The notes under the pieces are model-generated. The model saw only the letters and a list, made by a program, of their open reading frames with translations. It ran no database searches and was not told the origin of the DNA. A stretch of 64,000 nucleotides of DNA from Spirochaetia bacterium (lineage in GTDB: Bacteria > Spirochaetota > Spirochaetia > SP-2023), in assembly GCA_965225855.1 (NCBI GenBank), contig CBDDCK010000005.1, positions 160,001 through 224,000 of the forward strand, written 5' to 3'. How positions within the stretch are numbered: position 1 is the first letter of the stretch; every line of letters starts with the position of its first letter. The position numbers and the translations under genes are program-made. Below, piece by piece: positions 19,790-29,873 of the stretch.

Positions 19790-21172
19790 TTAGCTATGCT
19801 TCGCCATGGGATTCACAGGTAGGCCTACAGCATAATAAGTAAAGCCCAACTTTGCCAAATACTCTGGCTGGAATTGGGTGCGCCCATCAAACAGCAATGG
19901 GGTCTTTAATTCATTCTTCAGCCTCAGCCAATCAGGGCTAAGAAACTCATGCCATTCGGTCAATAATATCAGGGCATCGGCTTCGGCAACGGCTTCATAA
20001 GCAGAGGCCACATAGTGTAGGGCTGTCTGCTGGTTATCGCTAATGCTATTGCTATCTTCCAAACACACTTCGCACTGCACACGGCCTTTTGGGCAATAGG
20101 CAGAAATACTGGCTCCGGCTTGCAATAATTGCTCTATCAAAACTAAGCTAGGTGCTTCGCGTACATCATCCGTATCGGGTTTATAACTCAACCCCCACAG
20201 CGCAAAATGCTTGCCCGAAAGTGCTTGACTAGAGCCAAAATGCTCACAGATATTGCGAAAGGCCCATTGCTTTTGCTGGTGGTTGCGCATCGTTACCGCT
20301 TTCAAAATACCTGCATTTAGCTTATGCTCCTCAAAACTATGGCGCAGGGCCACCAAATCTTTGGGGAAGCAACTGCCACCATAGCCTACACCGGGGTATA
20401 AAAAGCTGTTGCCAATGCGACTATCGCTGCCAATACCCTCGCGCACATCATGGATATTGGCCCCTACCGCCACACATAAATCGGCAATTTCATTGATAAA
20501 GGAAATGCGAGTGGCCAGCATGGCGTTGGCAGCATATTTCGTCAATTCCGCACTGCGCAGACTCATGCATAAAATGCGTCCTTTCGGGTTGCGATAAACC
20601 ATTGGGCGATATAGCTCTATCATCGTATCTAATGCTTTTGAATCATCACTCCCCAGTACCACACGGTCTGGACTGGAAAAATCGCTAATGGCTTTACCTT
20701 CTTTAAGAAACTCTGGGTTACTAACAACGCTAAAAGAAATTGCAATATTACGGTTTTGCAATTCTTCAGCAATAATTTGGTGCACACGATCCCCCGTGCC
20801 AACTGGTACTGTAGATTTATCAACCACAATTAACGGATGCTCCATTTGCTGGCCAATCTCTTTGGCTACAGCATAAACTGCGGTGAGGTCAGCAGCTCCG
20901 CTTTTCATCATGGGAGTCCCCACCGCAATAAAAATAATCTCTACTGTATCCATTACTTCAGCCAGATTGAAATGGAAAGAGATAGAGCCTTGGCAGATAT
21001 TATTTTGCATTAAGGTGTTCAGCCCTGGTTCGTAGATGGGTAGTTGGTTGTTTTTTAAACTTTCAATGCGCTCTTTGTCGCGGTCAATACAATAGACACG
21101 ATTTCCGTGATTGGCAAAGCAGGCTCCGGAAACCAAGCCAACATAGCCACTACCAATCATTGCAATTTTCAT
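19790..21172 (-). CDS. ugd: UDP-glucose 6-dehydrogenase
   Basis: IGSGYVGL, KSTVPVGT, SNPEFLKEG and GYGGSCFPKD. Confidence 0.95.
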   Translation of the reverse strand: MKIAMIGSGYVGLVSGACFANHGNRVYCIDRDKERIESLKNNQLPIYEPGLNTLMQNNICQGSISFHFNLAEVMDTVEIIFIAVGTPMMKSGAADLTAVYAVAKEIGQQMEHPLIVVDKSTVPVGTGDRVHQIIAEELQNRNIAISFSVVSNPEFLKEGKAISDFSSPDRVVLGSDDSKALDTMIELYRPMVYRNPKGRILCMSLRSAELTKYAANAMLATRISFINEIADLCVAVGANIHDVREGIGSDSRIGNSFLYPGVGYGGSCFPKDLVALRHSFEEHKLNAGILKAVTMRNHQQKQWAFRNICEHFGSSQALSGKHFALWGLSYKPDTDDVREAPSLVLIEQLLQAGASISAYCPKGRVQCEVCLEDSNSISDNQQTALHYVASAYEAVAEADALILLTEWHEFLSPDWLRLKNELKTPLLFDGRTQFQPEYLAKLGFTYYAVGLPVNPMAKHS

Positions 21173-21438
21173 ATCTGTCCTCGTTATTTTTTACAGTTTT
21201 TGCAAGTGCGAATAGTACGCAAATTTCAGATTTTATCCAAGATAACTAAAGGAATATACTAAAAAAATGAATACAATAACAAACAGCAATAGAGCAAGAC
21301 CAATAGTGTTTTTTATTTACAAATTTATTGGTTTCGTAACCTTGTTCTCGTAGCGTTTGCTAACTATAATCTGCAACAAATTTGTCGGCAATTGACGTAA
21401 TTAATAACCTGGATAGTATTTGTGAACAATCCCTGGAT

Positions 21439-23895
21439 ATGAAAACACATTGCGGCGAAACATTCGATGGGACTATTTTTTTGTTGTCATTAAACTCTCC
21501 ATACTTTGGGATTCGCAAATATCGCAGCATAATTCTTACTACTGTGATATTACTGGTATTTATTGTTGCTCCATACACTCTTTCTTATCGGCCTTCCGTC
21601 AACGTAAACAATTTAAGCTATGTTTCGGAAAATACGTTAGAAGCCAAAAAAGCTTACCTAGATGCCTTTGGTAGTCCCGATAGCAATGCATTCTATTTGG
21701 AAGGTATAGACTTTCTTAGTGAAAAAGGTATTAATTTTCTCTATCAATTTGAACAAGATATCCAAGCTCAAATTCCATTTTTAAAAGATAGTAATTCGAT
21801 TATAAAACTATTCCCCCCGAGTATCCACTTACCCTTAGAAATTGGTAGCCCTGAAGCAGAGCGCAACCAAAAGTGGCTAAAGCGTAGAGCACTAAGCAGC
21901 TTGGTTACAGCCAGACAAATTATCTCTGAAGATGGGCGTAAAACTTTATTGGTAATGGATTTTGAAACTCTGCCCAGCGAGCAAGAATTAGCAGTCCAAG
22001 GCCTACCAGTAGAATCTCCATATATTAGCATTGGGCGCGCAATGGAAAAACTTTTGCAAGATTATCTATTGAAATGGGCAAGATTAGCTACCGCGCAAGC
22101 AGACAAACAAAGGCAGGAAAAGCCCACACAAGAATTAAAAATTTGGAGTAGTGGTGCCGCACATATTGTCTACCAACAATTTTCTTTTTATCTCAAAGAT
22201 TTGAGGAAAATATTCATCTTACTTCTTTGCGTCATGCTATTGTTGATTTTTCTGATGTTGCGCTCTTGGTTGGCATTTATTGGTACAATCTCTGTTTCGA
22301 TTCTAGCCAATTGGCTAACAATCGGCTTTATGTCCATACTCGGTTTTAGTGTAGATTTAACCTTCCTAATGATTCCAGTAACCATTGGTATTGCAACTGC
22401 CATAGGCTATTCGGTGCATTTTTATAACCATTTTAAGCATAGCTTGCAACACACAAGCGTTGACACCGCCCTAGCTATTGCTTGGCTACGCTGCATTCAG
22501 CCCATTACTTTTACCGCTCTAACTACTATGTTTTCGTTTTTGAGCTTGTGGCTAGTCCCTATCCCAGCTATACAAGCAACTGGCTATGTCTGCTTGTTAG
22601 AAACTCTACTTATCTATATTTTGACCATGACACTTTTCCCTCTGCTGCTAAGCTTTACCAATTTTAAAGAAAAATATAATAAATTGCAGTTGCATAATAA
22701 CTGGGCACTTTCAGTACAGCTCGAACGCCTAATTAAATTTTCTTTTCGTTTCCAAAAGACGATTCTCAGTTCAGCTTTATTACTATTTCTAATCGGACTG
22801 TATTATATTTCTGGATTGCGCGCCAATTATAAATTTTCCGAATTTATGGGCCAAGAAAATCAAATTGTAAAAGATTTAGCCTACTTAGAGCAAACAGAAT
22901 TTGCGCCTGTGGGGAATGTAAGCATTATAGTTTATAACGAAAATGGACTGTTCATGAATGGGGATGAAGGCATTGCGATGCTGCAAAATTTAAATAAAAT
23001 CCTAAAGGAAATAGAAAAAGAAGATGCCATAAAACATAGTTTCTGGTTGGGTGAGTTGATTGAAGATGCTGCACAAATTAAGGGCCAAAAAAATGGGGTG
23101 GCCTCCATAAGCAGTATGGCCGAGCTAAACGGATTACTATTGCTTTCTAAGCGGCTTAGCCGTTTTGATGCTGCAAGATGGCTATCCCTAGACCAAAAAA
23201 GTTTGCGCATATTGCTGGAAGTGAAAACTTTTGAAAGCCAGCCTTTTATCGCCTTGATCGAAAAATATCGCCAACAAATAGAAACGGCTGCCCCAGGTTC
23301 GCGCGCATTTTTTACAGGCTTTATTATGGATACCAGCCGCGGGGATTTATTGATGACACAAAGTTTTATTAAATCTATTATCTTTTCGATCCTCATTGTT
23401 TTTGCGTTGTTGTTACTGATTTTCCGCCGCTTGTATGTAACCTTAGTGTCCCTAATACCCAATGTCTTTTCTATTGTGATGATTGGTGGGATTATTTCTT
23501 TCTTAGATATTAATTTAAATTCGTTTAATTTTTTGATGTTTCCTATGGTAATTGGGCTAATTGTCGATGACACAATTCATTTTTTTCATACTGTGGTTAG
23601 TCGCTTTGATTCTTCTAAAAACTATAAAATATCTATTAATATGGCTTTAGCAAAAGTTGGGCCGGCTTTAGTGGAAACTACAATTATTCTTTGTACTACA
23701 TTTTCGGTATTTTTCTTTTCCAAATTTCAGGGGCTAGCCTACATGGGGGTATTCACGGTTATCGTAATCTTAATTGCTTTGTATGCCGATTTGGTCTTGG
23801 GACCGCTTTGCCTTTCTCTACTGCCAATAGACAAATTACAGCACAAACCTTTGCCCCGTTTAATGTTGTGGAAACCGATTTCCAAACATAAGTAA
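21439..23895 (+). CDS. MMPL/RND-family transporter
   Basis: Two TM bundles separated by large loops, GLIVDDTIHF motif. Start uncertain (TTG at 21382 or ATG at 21439). Confidence 0.8.
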   Translation: MKTHCGETFDGTIFLLSLNSPYFGIRKYRSIILTTVILLVFIVAPYTLSYRPSVNVNNLSYVSENTLEAKKAYLDAFGSPDSNAFYLEGIDFLSEKGINFLYQFEQDIQAQIPFLKDSNSIIKLFPPSIHLPLEIGSPEAERNQKWLKRRALSSLVTARQIISEDGRKTLLVMDFETLPSEQELAVQGLPVESPYISIGRAMEKLLQDYLLKWARLATAQADKQRQEKPTQELKIWSSGAAHIVYQQFSFYLKDLRKIFILLLCVMLLLIFLMLRSWLAFIGTISVSILANWLTIGFMSILGFSVDLTFLMIPVTIGIATAIGYSVHFYNHFKHSLQHTSVDTALAIAWLRCIQPITFTALTTMFSFLSLWLVPIPAIQATGYVCLLETLLIYILTMTLFPLLLSFTNFKEKYNKLQLHNNWALSVQLERLIKFSFRFQKTILSSALLLFLIGLYYISGLRANYKFSEFMGQENQIVKDLAYLEQTEFAPVGNVSIIVYNENGLFMNGDEGIAMLQNLNKILKEIEKEDAIKHSFWLGELIEDAAQIKGQKNGVASISSMAELNGLLLLSKRLSRFDAARWLSLDQKSLRILLEVKTFESQPFIALIEKYRQQIETAAPGSRAFFTGFIMDTSRGDLLMTQSFIKSIIFSILIVFALLLLIFRRLYVTLVSLIPNVFSIVMIGGIISFLDINLNSFNFLMFPMVIGLIVDDTIHFFHTVVSRFDSSKNYKISINMALAKVGPALVETTIILCTTFSVFFFSKFQGLAYMGVFTVIVILIALYADLVLGPLCLSLLPIDKLQHKPLPRLMLWKPISKHK

Positions 23896-23985
23896 ATAAG
23901 GCTTAAAAATGGGGATATGATTTGGATTGATTGCCAGAAACACTATTTTTTGCTAGTTTATAGAATCAATTTATAAGGGTTATCG

Positions 23986-25392
23986 ATGAGTATAAAAGAG
24001 CACTACCGCATTGCTTTTATTTCAGGAAAAATGGGAGATGTCGATGGAGTTTCTCTCGAAATAGATAAATGGATCAAAGTTTTGTCCGAGCTTGGCCATG
24101 AGATATTTGTCATTGCAGGAGAGTTTACCAACCAAGTGGAAAATGTGGCGCAGGAAAATCATTTCCAAGTACCAGAAATTAATTTTGATACGCAAACACA
24201 AAAAGAAATAGAAAACATTGCCTTTCCCTATATCACAAGTAACAAACTTTCTATACCAATAGACGAAGTGAGCCATCGCTTGTTGTTAGATCGTATTTGG
24301 AGAGAAGGCATAGATGTTGCCAACAAGCTCCAAAATTTTTTCTTTGAGAATAAAATTGATGTTATGGTTGGTGAGAATACCAACGCCATGCCCATGTCCA
24401 TACTGGCTGGGGTTGCTATTTATACCATTGCAACCGAACGCAATATGGCTTGTTTGTTTCATCACCATGATTTTTGGTGGGAACGCAGCCGTTTTTACAA
24501 TAATCACATTGCAGAGCTACTGAATAAAGTTATGCCACCAAGCGCATTGAGTATTGAACATGTGGTAATCTCATCTTATGCAGAGCATGTTCTATTTACC
24601 TTTAAGCGCATTGCAGCCCACATTGTGCCCAACTGTGAAGATTTTTCCAACCCTCCACTAAAAGATGAATACAACTGTGATCTGCGAGAAAATTTTGGTA
24701 TAAAAAAAGACGAGTTATTTGTGTTACAGCCAACGCGCATTGTACCGCGGAAAAAAATTGAAGATTCAATTCGCTTTTTAGGAGCATTTGCTCGCCATTT
24801 TCCCAAATATAAAGGCAAAATTCGTTTCATTATTTCCCTATATTCGGGTGATGAAGGGCTCAATTACCTACCCTATTTGGAAAATATTGCCGAGCAAGAA
24901 GGTATTTCTATGGAAGTGATTGCTGATCGAGTGGGCGCAGTGCGCGGCACAGATGAGCAAGGGCGCAAAATATACACAAACCGAGATGTGTTAGTGAATG
25001 CGGATTTTGCCACTTATTTACCTGTATGGGAAGGTTTTGGCAACGCATTATTGGAAGCTTGGGCTGCCCGTTTACTTACCGTAGTTAGCACTTATTTAGT
25101 GTATAAAACAGATATTCGCACTATTGGCCCGCGCGGTGTGGAACTAGTGAATAACTATGATGAAGATGGGAATTTAATCATATCGACCCAAGCTCTTGAA
25201 GATTTAGAAACAATCCTGCAGAACTCTGAATTGAAACAAACGATTATTGAGCATAATTTTGAAATGGCAAAAAAAGCGTTTAGTTTAGAAACATTAAAAA
25301 ACACTTTGGATAAAATTTTTACAGATTATAGCGATGAAATACGCGCTTCTCGCAGGAGAATGAAGCGGGCTGAACATATATTCAGTGTCTAA
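23986..25392 (+). CDS. Glycosyltransferase family 4, MggS-like
   Basis: DGVSLEIDKW, HHHDFWWER, QPTRIVPRK and EGFGNALLE resemble mannosylglucosylglycerate synthase-type GT4 proteins. Confidence 0.8.
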   Translation: MSIKEHYRIAFISGKMGDVDGVSLEIDKWIKVLSELGHEIFVIAGEFTNQVENVAQENHFQVPEINFDTQTQKEIENIAFPYITSNKLSIPIDEVSHRLLLDRIWREGIDVANKLQNFFFENKIDVMVGENTNAMPMSILAGVAIYTIATERNMACLFHHHDFWWERSRFYNNHIAELLNKVMPPSALSIEHVVISSYAEHVLFTFKRIAAHIVPNCEDFSNPPLKDEYNCDLRENFGIKKDELFVLQPTRIVPRKKIEDSIRFLGAFARHFPKYKGKIRFIISLYSGDEGLNYLPYLENIAEQEGISMEVIADRVGAVRGTDEQGRKIYTNRDVLVNADFATYLPVWEGFGNALLEAWAARLLTVVSTYLVYKTDIRTIGPRGVELVNNYDEDGNLIISTQALEDLETILQNSELKQTIIEHNFEMAKKAFSLETLKNTLDKIFTDYSDEIRASRRRMKRAEHIFSV

Positions 25393-25409
25393 GATTTTTA
25401 GGTACTATA

Positions 25410-26900
25410 GTGGCAAAATACATACACTTTGCGTTAAATGTCAGTATACAGTTTGTCTTACTGATGTTGGCTTATTATGCAGCACTCAGTTTTTATCGCT
25501 ATTATTTTGATGCCGCCTTAAATGCCGTACCCATCTACTTATCGCTTTTGGGGGTATTTTTAGCCGTCTATTTTGTTTTAATGTGGCGGGACTTATATGC
25601 CCACGACGTGCATTCCTACCTAAAAGTTACCACATTCATTATAGGGAAAAACTTAGGGATAGCTATACTTTCGGTAGCTTGCGTCATAATTGCCGAATTT
25701 ATCATTGTCGATGATTTTGAAGTAATTCCCGGGAAAGTCTTTATTTTTTTCGCTTTCGGTGCCGTAGCTTTATTTTTAATGCATATGCTTTATTATTTGT
25801 GGCTAAAAAGCCTTTCATATCATGGTTATTTTCACAAGAAAGTTATGCTGGTTGGGCATTCTAGCAACCGTTTCCATGTTGAAAAGTTCTTCCAAGATAT
25901 GGGAGAAACAAAGGAATTTTGTGGCACTTTGAGTGTGAGTGAACAACTTTCTAGCTCCAAAGAAGCTGAAGAGCCTGTCTGGGTATGGGATACTCACCCA
26001 ATTTGGAACCCTGATAACGGCTCTAACAACGCGCACCCAAAAGAATACCCCCAACATCTTATAGACATTATCTACAAGCATCAAATTGGTGAGCTGGTGA
26101 TTTTTCTAGGGCCCAAACTTTCAGAAAGAATATTGAATTTTATTACCTATATTTGTGATGAAAATGCAATTGGTTACTACATCGTTCCCGATTTATCTTC
26201 CCTACCACGTACCAAACATTGGGATAAATTTTTTTCGTATGTTCCGATAATCGTTCATAATACTACCAATAGAGATAATTTATTTAATATTTCTATCAAG
26301 CGTCTGTTCGATATAATAGTATCTTTGGTTATCCTCGCTCTATTTTTGCCGTTGGGCTTGATCATCAGCCTATTGATATTCCTCACAGATTTTGGCCCGA
26401 TATTTTATGTTAGTAAACGGGTGGGTAAAGATGGCCAAATTATTCCATTCTTTAAATTTCGTTCGATGCATCGGAATGCAGAAAAAATGAAAGCAAAATT
26501 GTTGGTTTTCAATGAACGCACAGGCGATGGCCCACTGTTCAAAATGAAAAATGATCCACGGGCCACGCGCATTGGCCAGTTTTTGCGGCGTACCAGCCTC
26601 GATGAATTCCCTCAATTTATCAATGTTTTGCTGGGCCATTTGAGTATTATTGGCCCGCGCCCCCACTTACCAGAAGAAGTACAACATTACATAGGTAAAG
26701 ATTTTATGCGTTTAGAGTGTATGCCGGGCATATCGTGTTTGCCCCAATTGCGCAATCGCGATCAAATGGGGTTTCATGAATGGATTAACTTTGATCTCTA
26801 CTACCGTAAAAATTGGACTTTGCTTTTAGATTTTTATATTTTTTGGATGACAGGCTTATTGTTCTTAAAATCTTTTTTCACCAATACAAAAAATTCATGA
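25410..26900 (+). CDS. Polyprenyl-phosphate sugar phosphotransferase (WcaJ/WbaP family)
   Basis: KRLFDI, KFRSM, SLDEFPQFINVLLGHLSIIGPRP and DLYY; four N-terminal TMs. Confidence 0.92.
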   Translation: MAKYIHFALNVSIQFVLLMLAYYAALSFYRYYFDAALNAVPIYLSLLGVFLAVYFVLMWRDLYAHDVHSYLKVTTFIIGKNLGIAILSVACVIIAEFIIVDDFEVIPGKVFIFFAFGAVALFLMHMLYYLWLKSLSYHGYFHKKVMLVGHSSNRFHVEKFFQDMGETKEFCGTLSVSEQLSSSKEAEEPVWVWDTHPIWNPDNGSNNAHPKEYPQHLIDIIYKHQIGELVIFLGPKLSERILNFITYICDENAIGYYIVPDLSSLPRTKHWDKFFSYVPIIVHNTTNRDNLFNISIKRLFDIIVSLVILALFLPLGLIISLLIFLTDFGPIFYVSKRVGKDGQIIPFFKFRSMHRNAEKMKAKLLVFNERTGDGPLFKMKNDPRATRIGQFLRRTSLDEFPQFINVLLGHLSIIGPRPHLPEEVQHYIGKDFMRLECMPGISCLPQLRNRDQMGFHEWINFDLYYRKNWTLLLDFYIFWMTGLLFLKSFFTNTKNS

Positions 26901-27526
26901 TATTTTTTGATAATGAAAACTGTAAATTATTTTTTATAAGATTTTATCTATTATTTTTGTATAGTACAATAGGATTCTGTATCACCATAATTGGAATGGG
27001 GCAGGCCTATTTTATAGTTCAAAGCTCACCTGTAGGGGAGAATACAGCAGAGTTAGAGCAGCCCAGGCAGCACAGCCTAGGCCAATCGTATGGAAGGCCA
27101 GCCAAGCAATTTGAACAACAGCTACAGCAAACAAACCCGAAAGAAGTTCTAGTTAAGCCCAGTGCTCCATACCCACCATATCCCAACTACCCTGAACCCT
27201 CTATACCCTGCCCGCCACGAACTCCTAGAAGGGCATTGGATAATCAAGAGTACTTGTATTTGAACCATATCTATTTTCAACCATTGACCATAGCGATAGG
27301 CGATTTTGTCAGTTTTGGGTGGCTCACTCTCGTTGGGGCGAACAAGGCCTTGCGTTTAGGGCTGGATGTTTACAATGCAGGTAACAAGATAGCCTTTGAT
27401 GGTGGTTTCTTTGAGTATGTAACTAACGGTAATTTATTTACCGAGTCTAACTTCATTTACCCAGTAGAGCCCATCGCTTTAAAATTTAGCCTTCGCTTTG
27501 GTTTCGATGTAAGTTTTTTCTTTTAG
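26897..27526 (+). CDS. Hypothetical protein with Pro-rich linker
   Basis: ATGA overlap with the upstream stop; hydrophobic N-terminus; aromatic C-terminus FGFDVSFFF. Confidence 0.55.
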   Translation: MIFFDNENCKLFFIRFYLLFLYSTIGFCITIIGMGQAYFIVQSSPVGENTAELEQPRQHSLGQSYGRPAKQFEQQLQQTNPKEVLVKPSAPYPPYPNYPEPSIPCPPRTPRRALDNQEYLYLNHIYFQPLTIAIGDFVSFGWLTLVGANKALRLGLDVYNAGNKIAFDGGFFEYVTNGNLFTESNFIYPVEPIALKFSLRFGFDVSFFF

Positions 27527-27537
27527 ATTGGTTACTT

Positions 27538-28329
27538 ATGTTTGTGTATATTTTGCTAATTGTAACTATTGCCCTATGGTGGGCCTTTTTTCTTATTTTT
27601 CGGCGATACATACAAAGCCAATTGGGTAAGGTAGAATATGTACGCCGTGTGGAAAATGAATTGCAACAATTATTGTTAGATGTCAATCGCAGTGCTGAAG
27701 ATATAACTTTGGTGATTGAAGACCGCAGCCAACAATTGCGCGATTTGCTGGAGAAGGCCGATAAGCTGCTGCAGGACTGTACAAAGGCCAGTGAAAAGGC
27801 AGGACAACAAAATTATAACTTGCAGCAAAACCACTTGCGCCTGCGTGAATTAAAAGAAAGCGCCGAGAGCGCTTTGGAGCGTTTCCAATTGCGGTTAGTC
27901 CATTGGGAAGAACAGCTGAGCCACAGTAGGAAGGAGGCCTATCTTTCTATTGGAGCTAAGCTGGAAGAGGAATTGTCTCAAGAGTTGAGCCTAAAGTTGC
28001 AGCACAAGCTCGATACCGAGTTACAAGCTTTACAAGAACAAGCTATCCAAATGGCTAAGACTATGCTTAAAAGTAATCTTGAGAAGACCTTTGAAGCAGC
28101 TGTTGCAGAACAATCTTACCAACTTTCGGCAGTACCAAGCTCGCCCAAGGCCAAACTCCAGGAGAATAAATTGGCGGAAGGCGAGAACATCATCAATGCG
28201 CAATTGCGTTCGGAAATTGAGTTGTATATTGAGCAAGACCTCGATGCCTTGGTTATTAGTAAGAAAACGGGCGTGCCACTGAATTTAGTAGAGATTATGG
28301 TTAGTATGAAAACTGCAGATAGCTTGTAA
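27538..28329 (+). CDS. Membrane-anchored coiled-coil hypothetical protein
   Basis: N-terminal TM, long coiled coil, C-terminal HTH-like ISKKTGVPLNLVEIM. Confidence 0.7.
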   Translation: MFVYILLIVTIALWWAFFLIFRRYIQSQLGKVEYVRRVENELQQLLLDVNRSAEDITLVIEDRSQQLRDLLEKADKLLQDCTKASEKAGQQNYNLQQNHLRLRELKESAESALERFQLRLVHWEEQLSHSRKEAYLSIGAKLEEELSQELSLKLQHKLDTELQALQEQAIQMAKTMLKSNLEKTFEAAVAEQSYQLSAVPSSPKAKLQENKLAEGENIINAQLRSEIELYIEQDLDALVISKKTGVPLNLVEIMVSMKTADSL

Positions 28330-28359
28330 AAGTGAGCAAAATGCTCCTATTGTGTTGGT

Positions 28360-29424
28360 ATGATACAGCCTTTGAATAAGCAGACCCAGCAGCTAGCTTT
28401 GGAACTACACTTTAGCGCAACGCCAGCACAGGTGGCACTTTACCTTTTGCTTCAAGCGCAGGAACTGGGCTACCAAGATATTACAGAGTTTAGCGAGAGT
28501 GACTGGCTGCAAGCAATAGCACAGTCCGGCCAAGAGTATGGCAATTGGGCCAAATGGCGAGCCTCTCAAGCTATGGCCCAAAAAAAGGCATATGAAGTGG
28601 GCCATAGTGATGCAAAGGGATTGGGGGAGCTTTTGCTGTATGGTAGCCCAAACTATCCTGCAGCCTTGTATCCATTGTTTCGCCCGCCGTTTGTACTGTT
28701 TGCTCAAGGGAAACTAGAAATTATCCATAAAGAGGCTTCTGGTTTTGCGGTTTGCGGTAGCCGCAAGGTAACTTTACAAGGGCGCAGCGATGCTTTTGCC
28801 CTTGTCTATGGGGTTTGCCAAAGTGGCCCGTTTTATTTGGCTAGTGGTTTGACCGAAGGGATTGAGCTGGCAGCTTGTGAAGGGGCTTTAGCAGCAAATG
28901 GCCCTATTGTGGGGGTGCTGTGCTGTGGCTTAAATTCTATTGCACCACAAGAATCGCTGCAAATGGCACAGCGCATTCTTGCTGCTGGAGGTTTATTGCT
29001 TAGTGAGTATCCACCAACGCAGCCACGGCAGCGGTATACATTTTTGCAGCGCAACCGTATTTTAGCAGCCCTTTCTTCCAGTTTAATTATGGTGGAGCTA
29101 GGCCCTAAGACCAAAGCTTTGAACTTGGTAGAGTATGCTTTAGAACTAAATCACGATGTGGCCGTTTTAGGAGATTCTACTGGAGTGGCTAAGCTGCGAG
29201 AACAAGGCTGTTCCCATTGGCCTGATGCTGCGGCTTTGCTGCAAGCTTTGGGTATAGAATGCACAATTGAACAGACCGAAGTCTCACCCAATCATCGCTC
29301 AAGCGACAACCCAAGCCACAATGTTGGCGAATCCGTGGCCCAAAGCGTCTATAAAGAATTATATAACCAATGCCAACGTTATTTAGGCCGCCAAGTTGGT
29401 GGGCCTAGCAACAACCAATCATAA
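28360..29424 (+). CDS. dprA: DNA-processing protein DprA (diverged)
   Basis: YPAAL...PPFVLFAQG, AVCGSR, SGL, GGLLLSEYPP and FLQRNRILAALS. Confidence 0.85.
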   Translation: MIQPLNKQTQQLALELHFSATPAQVALYLLLQAQELGYQDITEFSESDWLQAIAQSGQEYGNWAKWRASQAMAQKKAYEVGHSDAKGLGELLLYGSPNYPAALYPLFRPPFVLFAQGKLEIIHKEASGFAVCGSRKVTLQGRSDAFALVYGVCQSGPFYLASGLTEGIELAACEGALAANGPIVGVLCCGLNSIAPQESLQMAQRILAAGGLLLSEYPPTQPRQRYTFLQRNRILAALSSSLIMVELGPKTKALNLVEYALELNHDVAVLGDSTGVAKLREQGCSHWPDAAALLQALGIECTIEQTEVSPNHRSSDNPSHNVGESVAQSVYKELYNQCQRYLGRQVGGPSNNQS

Positions 29425-29495
29425 CCCTAGGATACTTAACCAATAACAGCTATTAGCTAGCCAACACTCAATAATTTAAAACTAAAAGAAATGTT

Positions 29496-29795
29496 CTTCA
29501 CGGCCTAGGTAGTTATTACTTCCTCGTAGGCTAGCTTTCCTATTGCAGCCTATCAACTTGCTGTTGCGTTAGGCCCGCAATCGCATCAATCATTTCTAGC
29601 AAGACATTCCGTCGCAGCCCTTCAGGTGTTTGTCTTCAGGGCGCAGTTCTTACCTAGTCCAACACAGACCATCGGCATAGAGTAGCGGCAGTGCATGTTG
29701 GCTGGTGCTAGTTCTACCATAGAGTTATAGCGTTCGTTTAATGGCTAGCAGCGTTTTAGGCAAGCCCAACAGCCTAGTTTGATGCAATCATTGGA
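29496..29795 (-). repeat. 300-bp dispersed repeat, copy 2 (inverted)
   Basis: Matches 18286-18585 in reverse complement. Confidence 0.95.
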
Positions 29796-29821
29796 GCGAC
29801 GGCTTTATTATGGGGTGACGT

Positions 29822-29850
29822 TTGACAAAATAATTTGTAGATGGTATGCT
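29822..29850 (+). promoter_or_regulatory. Sigma70 promoter of ribD-ribE
   Basis: TTGACA-17 bp-TATGCT with TGn extended -10. Confidence 0.65.
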
Positions 29851-29873
29851 AGCCTCAGTCAGAATAAAGTAAT

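Noticed and set aside
29630..29800. FMN riboswitch upstream of ribD
   Set aside because: Only tcttcagggc resembles the RFN start. The other conserved blocks are absent, the segment is part of the dispersed repeat, and it lies upstream of the predicted promoter.
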